DNA from: an uncultured Planctomycetota bacterium
Lineage (GTDB): Bacteria > Planctomycetota > Planctomycetia > Isosphaerales > Isosphaeraceae
Assembly (NCBI GenBank): GCA_963823665.1
Contig: CAWGMQ010000008.1
Coordinates: 1,664,001-1,728,000, forward strand
Direction: 5' to 3'
Length of the DNA: 64,000 nucleotides
The notes under the pieces are model-generated. The model saw only the letters and a program-made list of their open reading frames with translations, did no database searches and was not told the DNA's origin. Made by a program: the position numbers and the translations under genes. Of the stretch, positions 42,923 through 52,908 are shown piece by piece; position 1 is the first letter of the stretch, and each line of letters begins with the position of its first letter.

Positions 42923-45900
42923 ATGCACCACGCTCGGCGACAGATTGCGCTTCCGTAACTTTGAACCGGAAGCCCTGGAGCCCCGCCAGTTGCTCGACGG
43001 CGGCGGAGTACCGCCCGGGATGGATCTCGCGCAGGCGAACTGGTTCTATCAGAACGTGTTTTTGCCACCGGCGAATGTCGCGCCTGAGTGGAACGGCAAC
43101 GTCGCGACCGATGACGCGGGGACACTCGGGCCAGGCTACCTCGCGGCAATCGTCGCCAGGGTGAACGCCTATCGCTGGATGGCGGGCCTTCCCGGCGGCA
43201 TCACACTCGACCCGACGGAGAACGACGAAGCCCAGCAAGCTGCACTCATGATGGCGGCTAACGGTCAGCTCAATCATGATCCACCCCCGACCTGGATCGA
43301 CTACACGGCCGAGGGCGCGAACGCGGCGGGCCATTCCAACCTCGCACAGGTAAACGGCCTCCCGTCCGGCACAAATTCAATCGATTTGTTCATGAGCGAC
43401 TTGGGAGACAATAACACCTCCGTAGGCCACCGCCGATGGGTATTGTACCCACCAACCCAGACGATGGGCGTAGGCGACATACCCGCCGCGACCACCGCAC
43501 TCTACGTAATCCAGCCAGACGATCCGCCCGCGCCCTCCGTGACCGTCGTTGCCTGGCCACCCGCGGGCTTCGTACCGGACGCGTTGATCCCGGACCGGTG
43601 GTCCCTTCAGGCCCCGTATGGCTCCGACTTCTCCAATGCGACCGTCGCCGTCACGGAGAACGGGGTCTCGCAAGAGGTCGAGATCCTCAGCAACAGCGGG
43701 CCGGAATACGGCGGCCAGGCCATCGTCTGGAACATGCCCGACGCCCCGGCCCCACAACCGGGCCAGCAGGCCGTCTACGCGGTCCAGGTCGACAACGTCC
43801 TTATCAATGGCCAGTCGCAGTCCTTCTCTTATACGACCACGTCGTTTGATCCATCAGCAACGACGGAATCGACGCCTGTCCCCGCCGCGGTCGGGTTCCT
43901 TCAGGCGAGCGCGCAACCTGACACGACGAACGGATCGATCACCATCGATGTCGCGCGCGGCATGAACGCCGACCAGCAGTTTTCAGTCGATTATTCCACG
44001 GTCGACGGCACCGCCCTGGCGGGGACCAACTATGTCTCCACCAGTGGAGTGCTCACTTTCGGGCCCGGGCAGTTCTACAGCCAGATCGTCGTTCCGATCC
44101 TTCCGGGTAACACGGCGCAGCCGGGTGGAACGTTCTTCGTCACCCTCTCCACGCCGACGGACGCAAGCGTCGGGCCAATCAGTTCGTTCGAGGTCGAGAT
44201 CGATGGCCTTCCCCTCGCACAGCCTGCCCCGCCCGTGCTTCTCCCCGCCGACGACAGCGGCAAGCAAGGCGACGGGATCACGGACGTCGCCAGCCCCAGC
44301 CTTACAGGCATCACGTTCGCCGGCGCCACCGTCCAATTGCTTGACGGCAAGGACGACGTTATCGCCACGGCCACCGCGAACGGTTCCGGGGTCTACGTCA
44401 TCCCGCTCTCGGGTCCCCTCACGCCCCAGACGTACCAATTCAGCGTCGAGATGGTCGATCAGTACGGCGACGTCAGCAGCCCAAGCGCCGCGTTCTCGCT
44501 GACCATCGTGGCCCCGCCTACCACGCCCAGCGCCCCGGCACTCGTTCCCGCCGACGACAGCGGTAAGCAAGGCGACGGGATCACGGACGTCGCCAGCCCC
44601 AGCCTTACAGGCATCACGTTCGCCGGCGCCACCGTCCAATTGCTTGACGGCAAGGACGACGTTATCGCCACGGCCACCGCGAACGGTTCCGGGGTCTACG
44701 TCATCCCGCTCTCGGGTCCCCTCACGCCCCAGACGTACCAATTCAGCGTCGAGATGGTCGATCAGTACGGCGACGTCAGCAGCCCAAGCGCCGCGTTCTC
44801 GCTGACCATCGTGGCCCCGCCTACCACGCCCAGCGCCCCGGCACTCGTTCCCGCCGACGACAGCGGTAAGCAAGGCGACGGGATCACGGACGTCGCCAGC
44901 CCCAGCCTTACAGGCATCACGTCCGCCGGCGCCACCGTCCAATTGCTTGACGGCAAGGACGACGTTATCGCCACGGCCACCGCGAATGGTTCCGGGGTCT
45001 ACGTCATCCCGCTCTCGGGTCCCCTCACGCCCCAGACGTACCAATTCAGCGTCGAGATGGTCGATCAGTACGGCGACGTCAGCAGCCCAAGCGCCGCGTT
45101 CTCGCTGACCATCGTGGCCCCGCCTACCACGCCCAGCGCCCCGGCACTCGTTCCCGCCGACGACAGCGGTAAGCAAGGCGACGGGATCACGGACGTCGCC
45201 AGCCCCAGCCTTACAGGCATCACGTTCGCCGGCGCCACCGTCCAATTGCTTGACGGCAAGGACGACGTTATCGCCACGGCCACGGCGAACGGTTCCGGGG
45301 TCTACGTCATCCCGCTCTTGGGTCCCCTCACGCCCCAGACGTTCCAATTCAGCGTCGAGACGGTCGATCAGTACGGCGACGTCAGCAGCCCAAGCGCCGC
45401 GTTTTCGCTGACCATCGTGGCCCCGCCTACCACGCCCAGCGCCCCGGCACTCGTTCCCGCCGACGACAGCGGTAAGCAAGGCGACGGGATCACGGACGTC
45501 GGCAGCCCCAGCCTTACAGGCATCACGTTTGTCGGCGCATCCGTCCAATTGCTTGACGGCAAGGACGACGTTATCGCCACGGCCACCGCGAACGGTTCCG
45601 GGGTCTACGTCATCCCGCTCTCGGGTCCCCTCACGCCCCAGACGTACCAATTCAGCGTCGAGACGGTCGATCAGTACGGCGACGTCAGCAGCCCAAGCGC
45701 CGCGTTCTCGCCGACCATCGTGGCCCCGCCTACCACCCCCAACGCCCCGGCACTCGTTCCCGCCGACGACAGCGGCGAGCAAGGCGACGGGATCACGGAC
45801 GTCGGCAGCCCCAGCCTTACAGGCATCACGTTTGTCGGCGCATCCGTCCAATTGCTTGACGGCAAGGACGACGTCATCGCCACGGCCACCGCGAACGGGT

Positions 45901-46925
45901 CGGGAGTCTACGTTCTCCCACTCCCGGGCGCTCTTGCGCCCCAAACGTATCAATACAGTGTCCAGACAATCGATCAGTATGGCGACGTCAGCATGCCGAG
46001 CATGGCCTTCGCGCTCACGGTCGTCGCGCGGCCGTCGACTCCAACCGCACCGACGCTCCTGCCCTCCGACAGCGACGGCAGCCACGGCGGCGAGACCACA
46101 ACGTCGATCACCCCACTCCTCATCGGAATGACGATTCCCGGCGCGACCGTGCGACTTCTCGGCCCCAATGCGACCGTTCTCGAGACCACCATCGCCAGCG
46201 CCAGCGGAGGATACGAGATCCAGGTTCCCGGCCCGCTCGGCGCCGGCGCCCACACCTACCAGGTCGACGTGATCGATAAGTACGGCGACGTCAGCGGCCC
46301 GAGCCCCGCACAAACGATCACGGTGGTCAACCCCCCGCCGCCGCCACCCCCGCCACCCGCTCTGGTCACAGTCGGGTCATCGCAGTTGGAAAAGATCAAA
46401 GTCGGCACGGGGAAGAACGCAAAGAAAGAAACCGTATTGGTCGTCCAATTCAGCGGAGCGCTCAACGCCGCTTCCGCCGACAACGCCAGCGCCTACGAGC
46501 TCGCGCCGATCATCACGGTCAAGGCCAAGGGGAAGGGCAAGCACAAAAAGCCGCCAACAACCAGGCTCGGCCCGCCCCTGCCGCCGGCCAGCGTGGTATA
46601 CAATTCCTCGAATAACCAGGTAACGCTCCTGCTCCGCAGCACGCTCAACCTGACGAAGCCGGAAGAGCTGACCGTCAACGCCACTCTCGTCACCGACACG
46701 CTGGGCCGCGAGATCGACGGCGATGACGACGGCCAGCCGGGCAGCGACTACATCGCAACCATAAATGGGAGTCGAGTGACGCCCGGCGGGCTGCCACGGG
46801 CGCGAAGTCCGGAACGATCGACCACCGTCCCCGTCACGATCGACGCTCTGCTCGCTCGGGGCGAGCTGGCCGACTGGACTCGCACCCTGCGTGCCCGGCG
46901 CGAGGGGCATCACCAAGATTCGTGA
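42923..46925 (+). CDS. Secreted CAP/SCP-domain protein with Calx-beta-like domain, seven Ig-like repeats and Lys-rich C-terminal domain; apparent +1 indel at ~42940
   Basis: EALEPRQLLD export motif; VNAYRWMAGL..LNHDPP..GHRRWVL (CAP); DYSTVDGTALAGTNY (Calx-beta-like). ATG 42923 has an RBS and comes into frame after removing one base; the register is confirmed by the paralogous fragment at 47843. Confidence 0.85.
44245..46060 (+). repeat. 303-bp (101-aa) tandem repeat, 6 near-identical copies (plus one diverged), encoding Ig-like domains
   Basis: Shadow ORFs recur at 44459/44762/45065/45368/45671 (period 303). Unit: PADDSGKQGDGITDVASPSLTG...DQYGDVSSPS. Confidence 0.95.
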
Positions 46926-46992
46926 ATCAGCTTGCGCCATTTCCGACGACGATTAATCTTCGTGGAGTTCTACCGGAAAGGAGAAACCTCCG

Positions 46993-47805
46993 ATGAATGC
47001 GCGAACGCTGTGCCTCGTTATCCTCTCGATCGTGTTGGAGTCGAGCGATTGTTGGGGCCAACCGCTCAGGAACCCTGACACAGGAACCCTGTGGCTCTAC
47101 GGTCCAAACGGCCGAACCGTGATGGGCGACCATTTGCTTTTTAAGCCCGAGACGTACAACCGCAGTCGATCAACGGCAACCCGGCGAAGCGATCAGCGAC
47201 AGTCCCTCAAGCCGACTTCGGGCCATGAGTACTTCGCGCCGAATCTGGGTATTCGCTACACACTAGTTCGTGTCGGCGGTGCCAGAGGAGCGAAGCTGAC
47301 CCGCCAACCCGCGGCGAATTCCCCTGCGACACAGCGGGGCCTCGAACCGGGGGACACGATTTACCGCCTGGACGGGTTGCCCATCTTCACGTCGGACGAC
47401 GTGCTGAACCATTACGGGCAGACTGATGTCAACTTCATAAACGTTCGGACCGGTCGCGCAGAGCGATGTGTATTGGTGCTACCGGCATTCGTTCCAACGC
47501 AAGCCAAGATACCCGCTGGAAACTACGCCGCTAACCTCGGAATATACTATGAACTCGTCCCGTACGGCGGCGCGTTCGGCGCTCGTTTGAGCCGGGATGC
47601 GTCCTCCAATACTCCTGCGGGCTCGCTTCGGCTTGAACGCGGCGATCTGATCGTTAGACTTGACGGTCAGCCCATCCGTGAGGCAAGCGATGTCCTGAGC
47701 CACTATGCCCAGACGAGCGTGGAATTCATCGACATCCGCACGGGCCAGCTTCGAATGGCGTATGTGCAACTGCCGGGAACTGTGGCAATTCAACAAGCTC
47801 AATAA
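46993..47805 (+). CDS. Secreted protein with two tandem PDZ-like domains
   Basis: Signal peptide and two copies of NLGI.Y.LV..GA.L.R....NSPA...LE.GD.I.RLDG.PI....DVL.HY.QT.V.FI..RTG. Confidence 0.75.
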   Translation: MNARTLCLVILSIVLESSDCWGQPLRNPDTGTLWLYGPNGRTVMGDHLLFKPETYNRSRSTATRRSDQRQSLKPTSGHEYFAPNLGIRYTLVRVGGARGAKLTRQPAANSPATQRGLEPGDTIYRLDGLPIFTSDDVLNHYGQTDVNFINVRTGRAERCVLVLPAFVPTQAKIPAGNYAANLGIYYELVPYGGAFGARLSRDASSNTPAGSLRLERGDLIVRLDGQPIREASDVLSHYAQTSVEFIDIRTGQLRMAYVQLPGTVAIQQAQ

Positions 47806-47842
47806 CATGAGCGTCTTGCCGCATTACAGTGAGGAATGCACC

Positions 47843-48004
47843 ATGCGGTCCGCGCGGCACAGGTACTGCTTGCGTCGGTTGGATCTGGAAGCCTTGGGTC
47901 CCCACCAGATGCTCGACGGTGGCGTGCCGGCCAGGTTGGACTTGGCGCGGACGAGCCGGTTCTACCAGGACGTGTTCTTGCCACCGCGGAGTGTCGCCCG
48001 TTGA
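47843..48004 (+). pseudogene. Degenerate copy of the first ~55 codons of the CAP-domain gene
   Basis: LEALGPHQMLDGGVPARLDLARTSRFYQDVFLPPRSVAR aligns with PEALEPRQLLDGGGVPPGMDLAQANWFYQNVFLPPANVAP, with a similar RBS context. Confidence 0.75.
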
Positions 48005-48304
48005 ACAGTATCGACTGTACGACCGCGGGCGCCGATGCGACCGTGCGCAATTTGCAGTCGGCAAGCCGAAGCGCAGCCCGGAATCGCGCCAAAGCCCTAC
48101 GATGTCGGCGCCGCGCGCACTCAACGCTGCAATCCCGCCGTGCACCCCTTTCCGACCGGGCCAGTGGTGCAGTTCTATGGTACCGTCAGGCTTGAGTTGA
48201 CGCAGGACGAGGCGATCCAAGCTACGAAGCGGCGACCGCGTATCGTGTGGTGGCGTCGGCCCGGGTCCACTCGATTTAGACACTTTTTCGAGCGAGCTCT
48301 GCCC

Positions 48305-48472
48305 ATGTACGGTTTGCTCATGGCGATTTTCGTTCTGATTCTGGTCGGTGCAGCGATTCTCAAGGTAAGAGACCTTGTGTTCAACGCCGCCTGTCCCTAT
48401 TGCCGGTCAAGCATCGCCCGCGGGGCCGTGAAATGTCCCAAGTGCCAGTCCGATCTGACGACAGGGCGATAA
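48305..48472 (+). CDS. Small single-TM protein with C-terminal zinc ribbon
   Basis: Hydrophobic N-terminus followed by CPYC..RGAVKCPKC. Start uncertain. Confidence 0.45.
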   Translation: MYGLLMAIFVLILVGAAILKVRDLVFNAACPYCRSSIARGAVKCPKCQSDLTTGR

Positions 48473-48513
48473 GCCAGCAACCGGGCGCGGGATTGGCTGT
48501 CAACGTGGGACCA

Positions 48514-49203
48514 TCAGGCGGTCTGGACCTGGCCGTCTTTCATGCGGATCTGGCGGTCGGCGGCCTGGGCGACTTCGTGGCTGTGGGTGACGATCACGAG
48601 CGTAAGCTTGCGCGAGTCGCGCAGGTGGTGGAGGAGCTGGATGATCTCGTCCTGGCTCTTGCTGTCAAGATTGCCGGTGGGCTCATCCGCCAAGAGGAGG
48701 GATGGGTCGTTGCCGAGCGCGCGCGCGATGGCGACGCGCTGGCGCTGGCCTACGGAAAGCTGCGCGGGGCGGAATGCGGCGCGATCCGCCAAGCCCACTT
48801 CCTCGATCAGGCGCCGGGCGCGGCGGATGCGCTCGGTGCGTGGCCAGGGAGCCTCGAACATCGGGATCTGGATATTCTCGAGCGCGGTCAGGGTTGGCAT
48901 CAGATAGAAGGACTGGAAGACGAAGCCGACCTCGGTGGCACGGAAAGTGTCGATATCAAGCCGTGAGAGGGCATTGCCGCGGAAAAACACGTCGCCCTCG
49001 GTGGGGCGGTCGAGACCGCCCAAGATGTGCAGGAGCGTGCTCTTGCCGCAGCCGCTGGGACCGGTGATCGCCACGGACTCGGCCTCGTTGATGTCGAGCG
49101 AGACGCCGCGGAGGGCCTGCACGTGGCCGTCGGGGTAGAACTTGACAAGGCCCCTGGCGGCGAGCAACGCGGCCGGCGCAGCGGCCTGATCAACGTCACT
49201 CAT
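48514..49203 (-). CDS. ABC transporter ATP-binding protein (LolD/MacB-type)
   Basis: Walker A GPSGCGKST, signature LSVGQRQR, Walker B LLLADEPTGNLD, VTH. Confidence 0.93.
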   Translation of the reverse strand: MSDVDQAAAPAALLAARGLVKFYPDGHVQALRGVSLDINEAESVAITGPSGCGKSTLLHILGGLDRPTEGDVFFRGNALSRLDIDTFRATEVGFVFQSFYLMPTLTALENIQIPMFEAPWPRTERIRRARRLIEEVGLADRAAFRPAQLSVGQRQRVAIARALGNDPSLLLADEPTGNLDSKSQDEIIQLLHHLRDSRKLTLVIVTHSHEVAQAADRQIRMKDGQVQTA

Positions 49204-50320
49204 AGCGGAGGGCCTCGGTGGGTTCGAGAGCGGCCGCCCTGGCCGCGGGATAGAGGCCACCGAGGAGGCTCAGGCCGACGCCCATGGCGAGCGCAATCAA
49301 CAGGACCTCGGGCGGGAGGTTGGGATTAATGAAGCCCCGAGCCGTGGGGGCAGTCGTGATGGCGCGAAGCCCCGCGACCGCGAGCACCATGCCCAGGATC
49401 GTGCCCATCAAGGCAATGACCAGGGCTTCACCGAGCACCATCGTGAGCACACGCGAGCGCCTCCAGCCGACCGCGCGGAGGATGCCGATTTCACGTGTGC
49501 GCTCAAAAATCGACATCAGCATCGTGTTGAGCATGCCGACCGAGCCGAGGATGAGTGCGACGGCGGCCGTCGTCCAGGACATAGCCTTGGCGAGCCGGAT
49601 CTGCGTATCGCTCTGCACGTGGTCGCGGGCGGGGGTCGCGGCGACGCCGGCAAGGGTCGACTCGATTCGATGGCGCAGACCGGCGATGAATTTGGTATCG
49701 GGCGAAGCGGCTCGCACCAGGAAGCCGGTGACTTGCCCCTCTTTGCCCATCATCTGCTGAAGCGTGTGCAGGGGCATGATCATCGAGCCGTTTTCAAACC
49801 AGCTATTGCTCTCGAAGATGCCGGCGACCGTGAACGGAACGCCGGCGATCTGGAGGGCGTCCCCAGCCTTCTTATCGAGGGTCATGGCGACAACACGGCC
49901 CAGGATGACCGCCTTGTCGTCGCCGTCTTTGAGAGCGCGTCCGTCGACCATGTTGATGCCGCGGAAGAGCACGCTTCCGGGCAGCCAACCGTTGACCAGG
50001 ACGGCGACCAGGTTTTTGTCTTCGAAGCCGACGGTGTCGACCAGCGACGCCGAAACTTCGGACACGCCCTCGATTTTCCGCAACGTTTCGCCCATGCGAA
50101 TATCCAGGCTGCTCGAGAGCTGGTTGGAGCTGCCGGCCCGGACGACCACCAGATCGATGCCTTTGGATTCGTAGATCGCCATGAAGGATCGTTCGAAGTT
50201 CCAGGAGATCCCGACCAGGATGACGACGGCCGAGATGGCGACCGCCAGGCCGACGGTCGTCAGGACCGTGCGAACAGGGCGATGGATGACATTCTTGGCG
50301 ACCAATGTGGTGAAGCGCAC
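49196..50320 (-). CDS. ABC transporter permease (MacB/FtsX-type)
   Basis: RTVLT..G.A, large periplasmic domain, MLNTMLMSIFERTREIGILRAVGW, YPAARAA.L.P.EALRYE. Confidence 0.92.
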   Translation of the reverse strand: MRFTTLVAKNVIHRPVRTVLTTVGLAVAISAVVILVGISWNFERSFMAIYESKGIDLVVVRAGSSNQLSSSLDIRMGETLRKIEGVSEVSASLVDTVGFEDKNLVAVLVNGWLPGSVLFRGINMVDGRALKDGDDKAVILGRVVAMTLDKKAGDALQIAGVPFTVAGIFESNSWFENGSMIMPLHTLQQMMGKEGQVTGFLVRAASPDTKFIAGLRHRIESTLAGVAATPARDHVQSDTQIRLAKAMSWTTAAVALILGSVGMLNTMLMSIFERTREIGILRAVGWRRSRVLTMVLGEALVIALMGTILGMVLAVAGLRAITTAPTARGFINPNLPPEVLLIALAMGVGLSLLGGLYPAARAAALEPTEALRYE

Positions 50321-51234
50321 GGAATGGCCCTTGTGCGGCCGGCGTTCGTCAGGCAGGCGGCGCGACCAACGAGAACGTAGCCAACGCCGTGCCAGACTTT
50401 CTCGAATGTGAACTCGCCCAGAACTCGACCGGCGATGGCCTGCACATCCAGATCGCGGTGACGTTCGACCATGTCGGTGAAGGAATCACCCAGGTGCATC
50501 AGGTGTGAGACGATCCAGCGGTCCATGTTGGGAACTCCCAGTTTGTGACCGAGCATGCGATCCGTCAAGTTGGGCAGCTCGTCGGAGACGACGATCGGCG
50601 CGCCCGGGCGAGCGACTCGGACCATCTCACGCAGGGCTCCTTCTGGGTCGTTGAAGTAGTTGAACGCGCCGATGCTCAAGACGGCGTCGAACTGACGGCT
50701 CTCGAGCGGGAGATCCTCGGCTTCGCACTGGGCCAGCCACACGGAACGGCCGGCGGCGCGGCGGCGACAGGCCTGGAGCTGGGAGCGGGAGATGTCAACG
50801 CCCACGATCTGCCAGTCGCGGGGCAGCCAGTCGAGATAGACTCCGTCGCCGACGGCGATGTCGAGAAGTTGAAGGCCGGGCGTAGTCGGCAGATGGCGCA
50901 AGACCCGATTGCGTGCGCGGCGCTCGCCGCCATTGCAGAGCCAGGTGAACCACTCCCAGAACCGGAACTTGGGCCAGAGGGGGCTGTCGTAGAAGCTCTG
51001 CGCAACCTGGTTGTTATCGGAAGTCCGATCCTTCACGACCAGGATGCCATCCTCAATCGGCAGACGAACCGCACAGGCCGTGCAGCAGAGCGCGGCCGGG
51101 GTTTTTTCGTAACGCAACGGGGAGCGACAGCTCGGGCACTGCCAGGTTCCCTTGCGGTTCCAGTGTTCGGCGTGATCCGTCGAATCAACGTCTGGATCGA
51201 AGAGCGTTGCTTTTTCGGGGCTGGCGGTTGACAT
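50260..51234 (-). CDS. Class I SAM-dependent methyltransferase with N-terminal Zn ribbon (true stop possibly ~50349)
   Basis: CPSC..CTAC, LLDIAVGDG, GVDIS, AEDLPL, LREMVRVARPG. The C-terminal overlap with the permease suggests an indel near the stop. Confidence 0.85.
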   Translation of the reverse strand: MSTASPEKATLFDPDVDSTDHAEHWNRKGTWQCPSCRSPLRYEKTPAALCCTACAVRLPIEDGILVVKDRTSDNNQVAQSFYDSPLWPKFRFWEWFTWLCNGGERRARNRVLRHLPTTPGLQLLDIAVGDGVYLDWLPRDWQIVGVDISRSQLQACRRRAAGRSVWLAQCEAEDLPLESRQFDAVLSIGAFNYFNDPEGALREMVRVARPGAPIVVSDELPNLTDRMLGHKLGVPNMDRWIVSHLMHLGDSFTDMVERHRDLDVQAIAGRVLGEFTFEKVWHGVGYVLVGRAACLTNAGRTRAIPCASPHWSPRMSSIALFARS

Positions 51235-51267
51235 GATCTTCTCCAAGTGAACAGGCGAGGGTTGATT

Positions 51268-52101
51268 TCAAGTTTCGCTTCGTTCGACCATGCAGTAACC
51301 CAAGCGGTGCCAGATTCGGTGGCGCTGTGCGTTGGGCCAGACACGTTCGAAGAGTGCGGGCAGGTCGATGTCGAGGCTCAGGACCATCTTGACGAAATCG
51401 GGGTCGAGGCCCAATCGCGTCAGCCACCAGGCGTCGATCGAGGGTATGCCGATCAGATGACCCAAGCCGGCGCGGTGCAGGGAGGGCAACTCGTCGGCAA
51501 CGACCACCGGACCGCCGGGCTTGGTGACGCGGCGCATCTCGCGGAGCGCGCGCTCGTGGTCGCCATAGTAATTGAAACCGCCGACTGACCAAGTTGCGTC
51601 GAAGGTGGCATCGTCGAACGGCAGGTCTTCAGCCTCGGACCAGGCGAGCCGGCCGGCCATCTCGGGATGACGCTCGCGGCAGAGCTCGAGCTGGGTGCGG
51701 GCGATGTCCACGCCGTAGACGGTCCAGTCCTCGGGCAGGAACCGGAGGTTCTCTCCGGCGCCGATGCCGACTTCCAGCCCACGGGCGCCGGGTAAGCCCA
51801 GAGCGTGAAGGTGTTGCAGGATCTCCATACGTGCGCGGCGGACACCGCCCTGAAGGATCAAGAACCCCTGCTCCCAGGGGCAGAATTTCACCCAACCGCG
51901 GCCGTCGTAGAACGCGGCGACGATGCGATTTCGCCCGGAAAGCGGGCCGATTGCTTCGAGGATGCCGCCGGTCGTCTGGTCATCTCGCGCACAACGAGGG
52001 CAGCGCGGCTCTCCACCGAGCCGAGCGCCACAGGAGATGCAGCGCGCGAGGTCGGCGATCGAAGGAGCCGGAGCGGACGAAGCCGGTGGGGAAAGAGTCA
52101 T
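51268..52101 (-). CDS. Class I SAM-dependent methyltransferase with N-terminal Zn ribbon (paralog of neighbour)
   Basis: CISC..CPRC, LEVGIGAG, GVDIA, AEDLPFDDATFD, LREMRRVTKPGG. Confidence 0.88.
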   Translation of the reverse strand: MTLSPPASSAPAPSIADLARCISCGARLGGEPRCPRCARDDQTTGGILEAIGPLSGRNRIVAAFYDGRGWVKFCPWEQGFLILQGGVRRARMEILQHLHALGLPGARGLEVGIGAGENLRFLPEDWTVYGVDIARTQLELCRERHPEMAGRLAWSEAEDLPFDDATFDATWSVGGFNYYGDHERALREMRRVTKPGGPVVVADELPSLHRAGLGHLIGIPSIDAWWLTRLGLDPDFVKMVLSLDIDLPALFERVWPNAQRHRIWHRLGYCMVERSET

Positions 52102-52120
52102 CGCACACGATCCGCGGTTT

Positions 52121-52907
52121 TCAGAAATCGACGTACAATGCCTTGGGGCCGGCGAGGCGCATCATCCAATCAAAGAACCAGTCCGGCATGTACTTCAGCA
52201 GGGCCAGACCGAATCTCATGCTGAACGGGAAGACGCAGTTGCGCGGCCTGCGCTCGACGGCGCGGACCAGGTGCCTGGCGGCCTCTTCGGGCTCGATCAT
52301 CTTGACGGGGCGTTGATAGGGCACGTCAGTACACATCTTGGTGCGAACGAAGCCGGGGCAGACGGTGGTCACCGTCACGCCGCGGCGCCGAAGGCCGGGG
52401 CGCATGGCCTCGAGGTAAGCGATCAGGCCGGCTTTTGATGCGGAGTAAGAGATCATCCAGGGGAATCCGCGATAACCGGCCATACTGGCGATGCCTACGA
52501 TGTGACCCTGGCCCCGCTCGATCATTTTTGGCAGAACGGCCTCGATCGACTGGGCGACACCGACCACATTGACTTCAAGTGTCTGCCGAAGAGTCGACGT
52601 GTCGAGCTTGGGGACGAGCGTGAGGGAGCCGATACCCGCGCACGCGACGAGGACGTCGAACGACCCTAGCTCGGTCGCAAGACGATTAACGGCCGCGATC
52701 AGGCTTTCTCGATCGGTGACGTCGACCGCGGCACTAGCGACGGGAGCCGTGCTCTCGTGCTTCGAGCGCACTGGCAAGCTCCGCCAGCGCCTCAGCATCG
52801 CGGTCGATCAAACCCACCGGCATGCCTTTCTTGACCAGCGCGATGGCCGTGGCGCGGCCGATTCCGTGGGCGGCGCCGGTCAGAAGTGTGGTTGGTTTGG
52901 CATTCAT
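52121..52907 (-). CDS. Short-chain dehydrogenase/reductase, apparent frameshift near 52770
   Basis: LLTGAAHGIG (Rossmann fold), ACAGIG, catalytic YSASK, CPGFVRT. Confidence 0.88.
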
Positions 52908-52908
52908 C

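Noticed and set aside
43983..46313. 776-aa antisense ORF with repeats
   Set aside because: It mirrors the 303-bp Ig-repeat array on the opposite strand. Long antisense ORFs are expected in GC-rich coding DNA, and it has no recognisable motifs.
27300..48500. Prophage, integron or diversity-generating retroelement explaining the repeats
   Set aside because: No integrase, transposase, reverse transcriptase, phage structural genes or attC-like sites were seen, and repeat differences are not adenine-specific.
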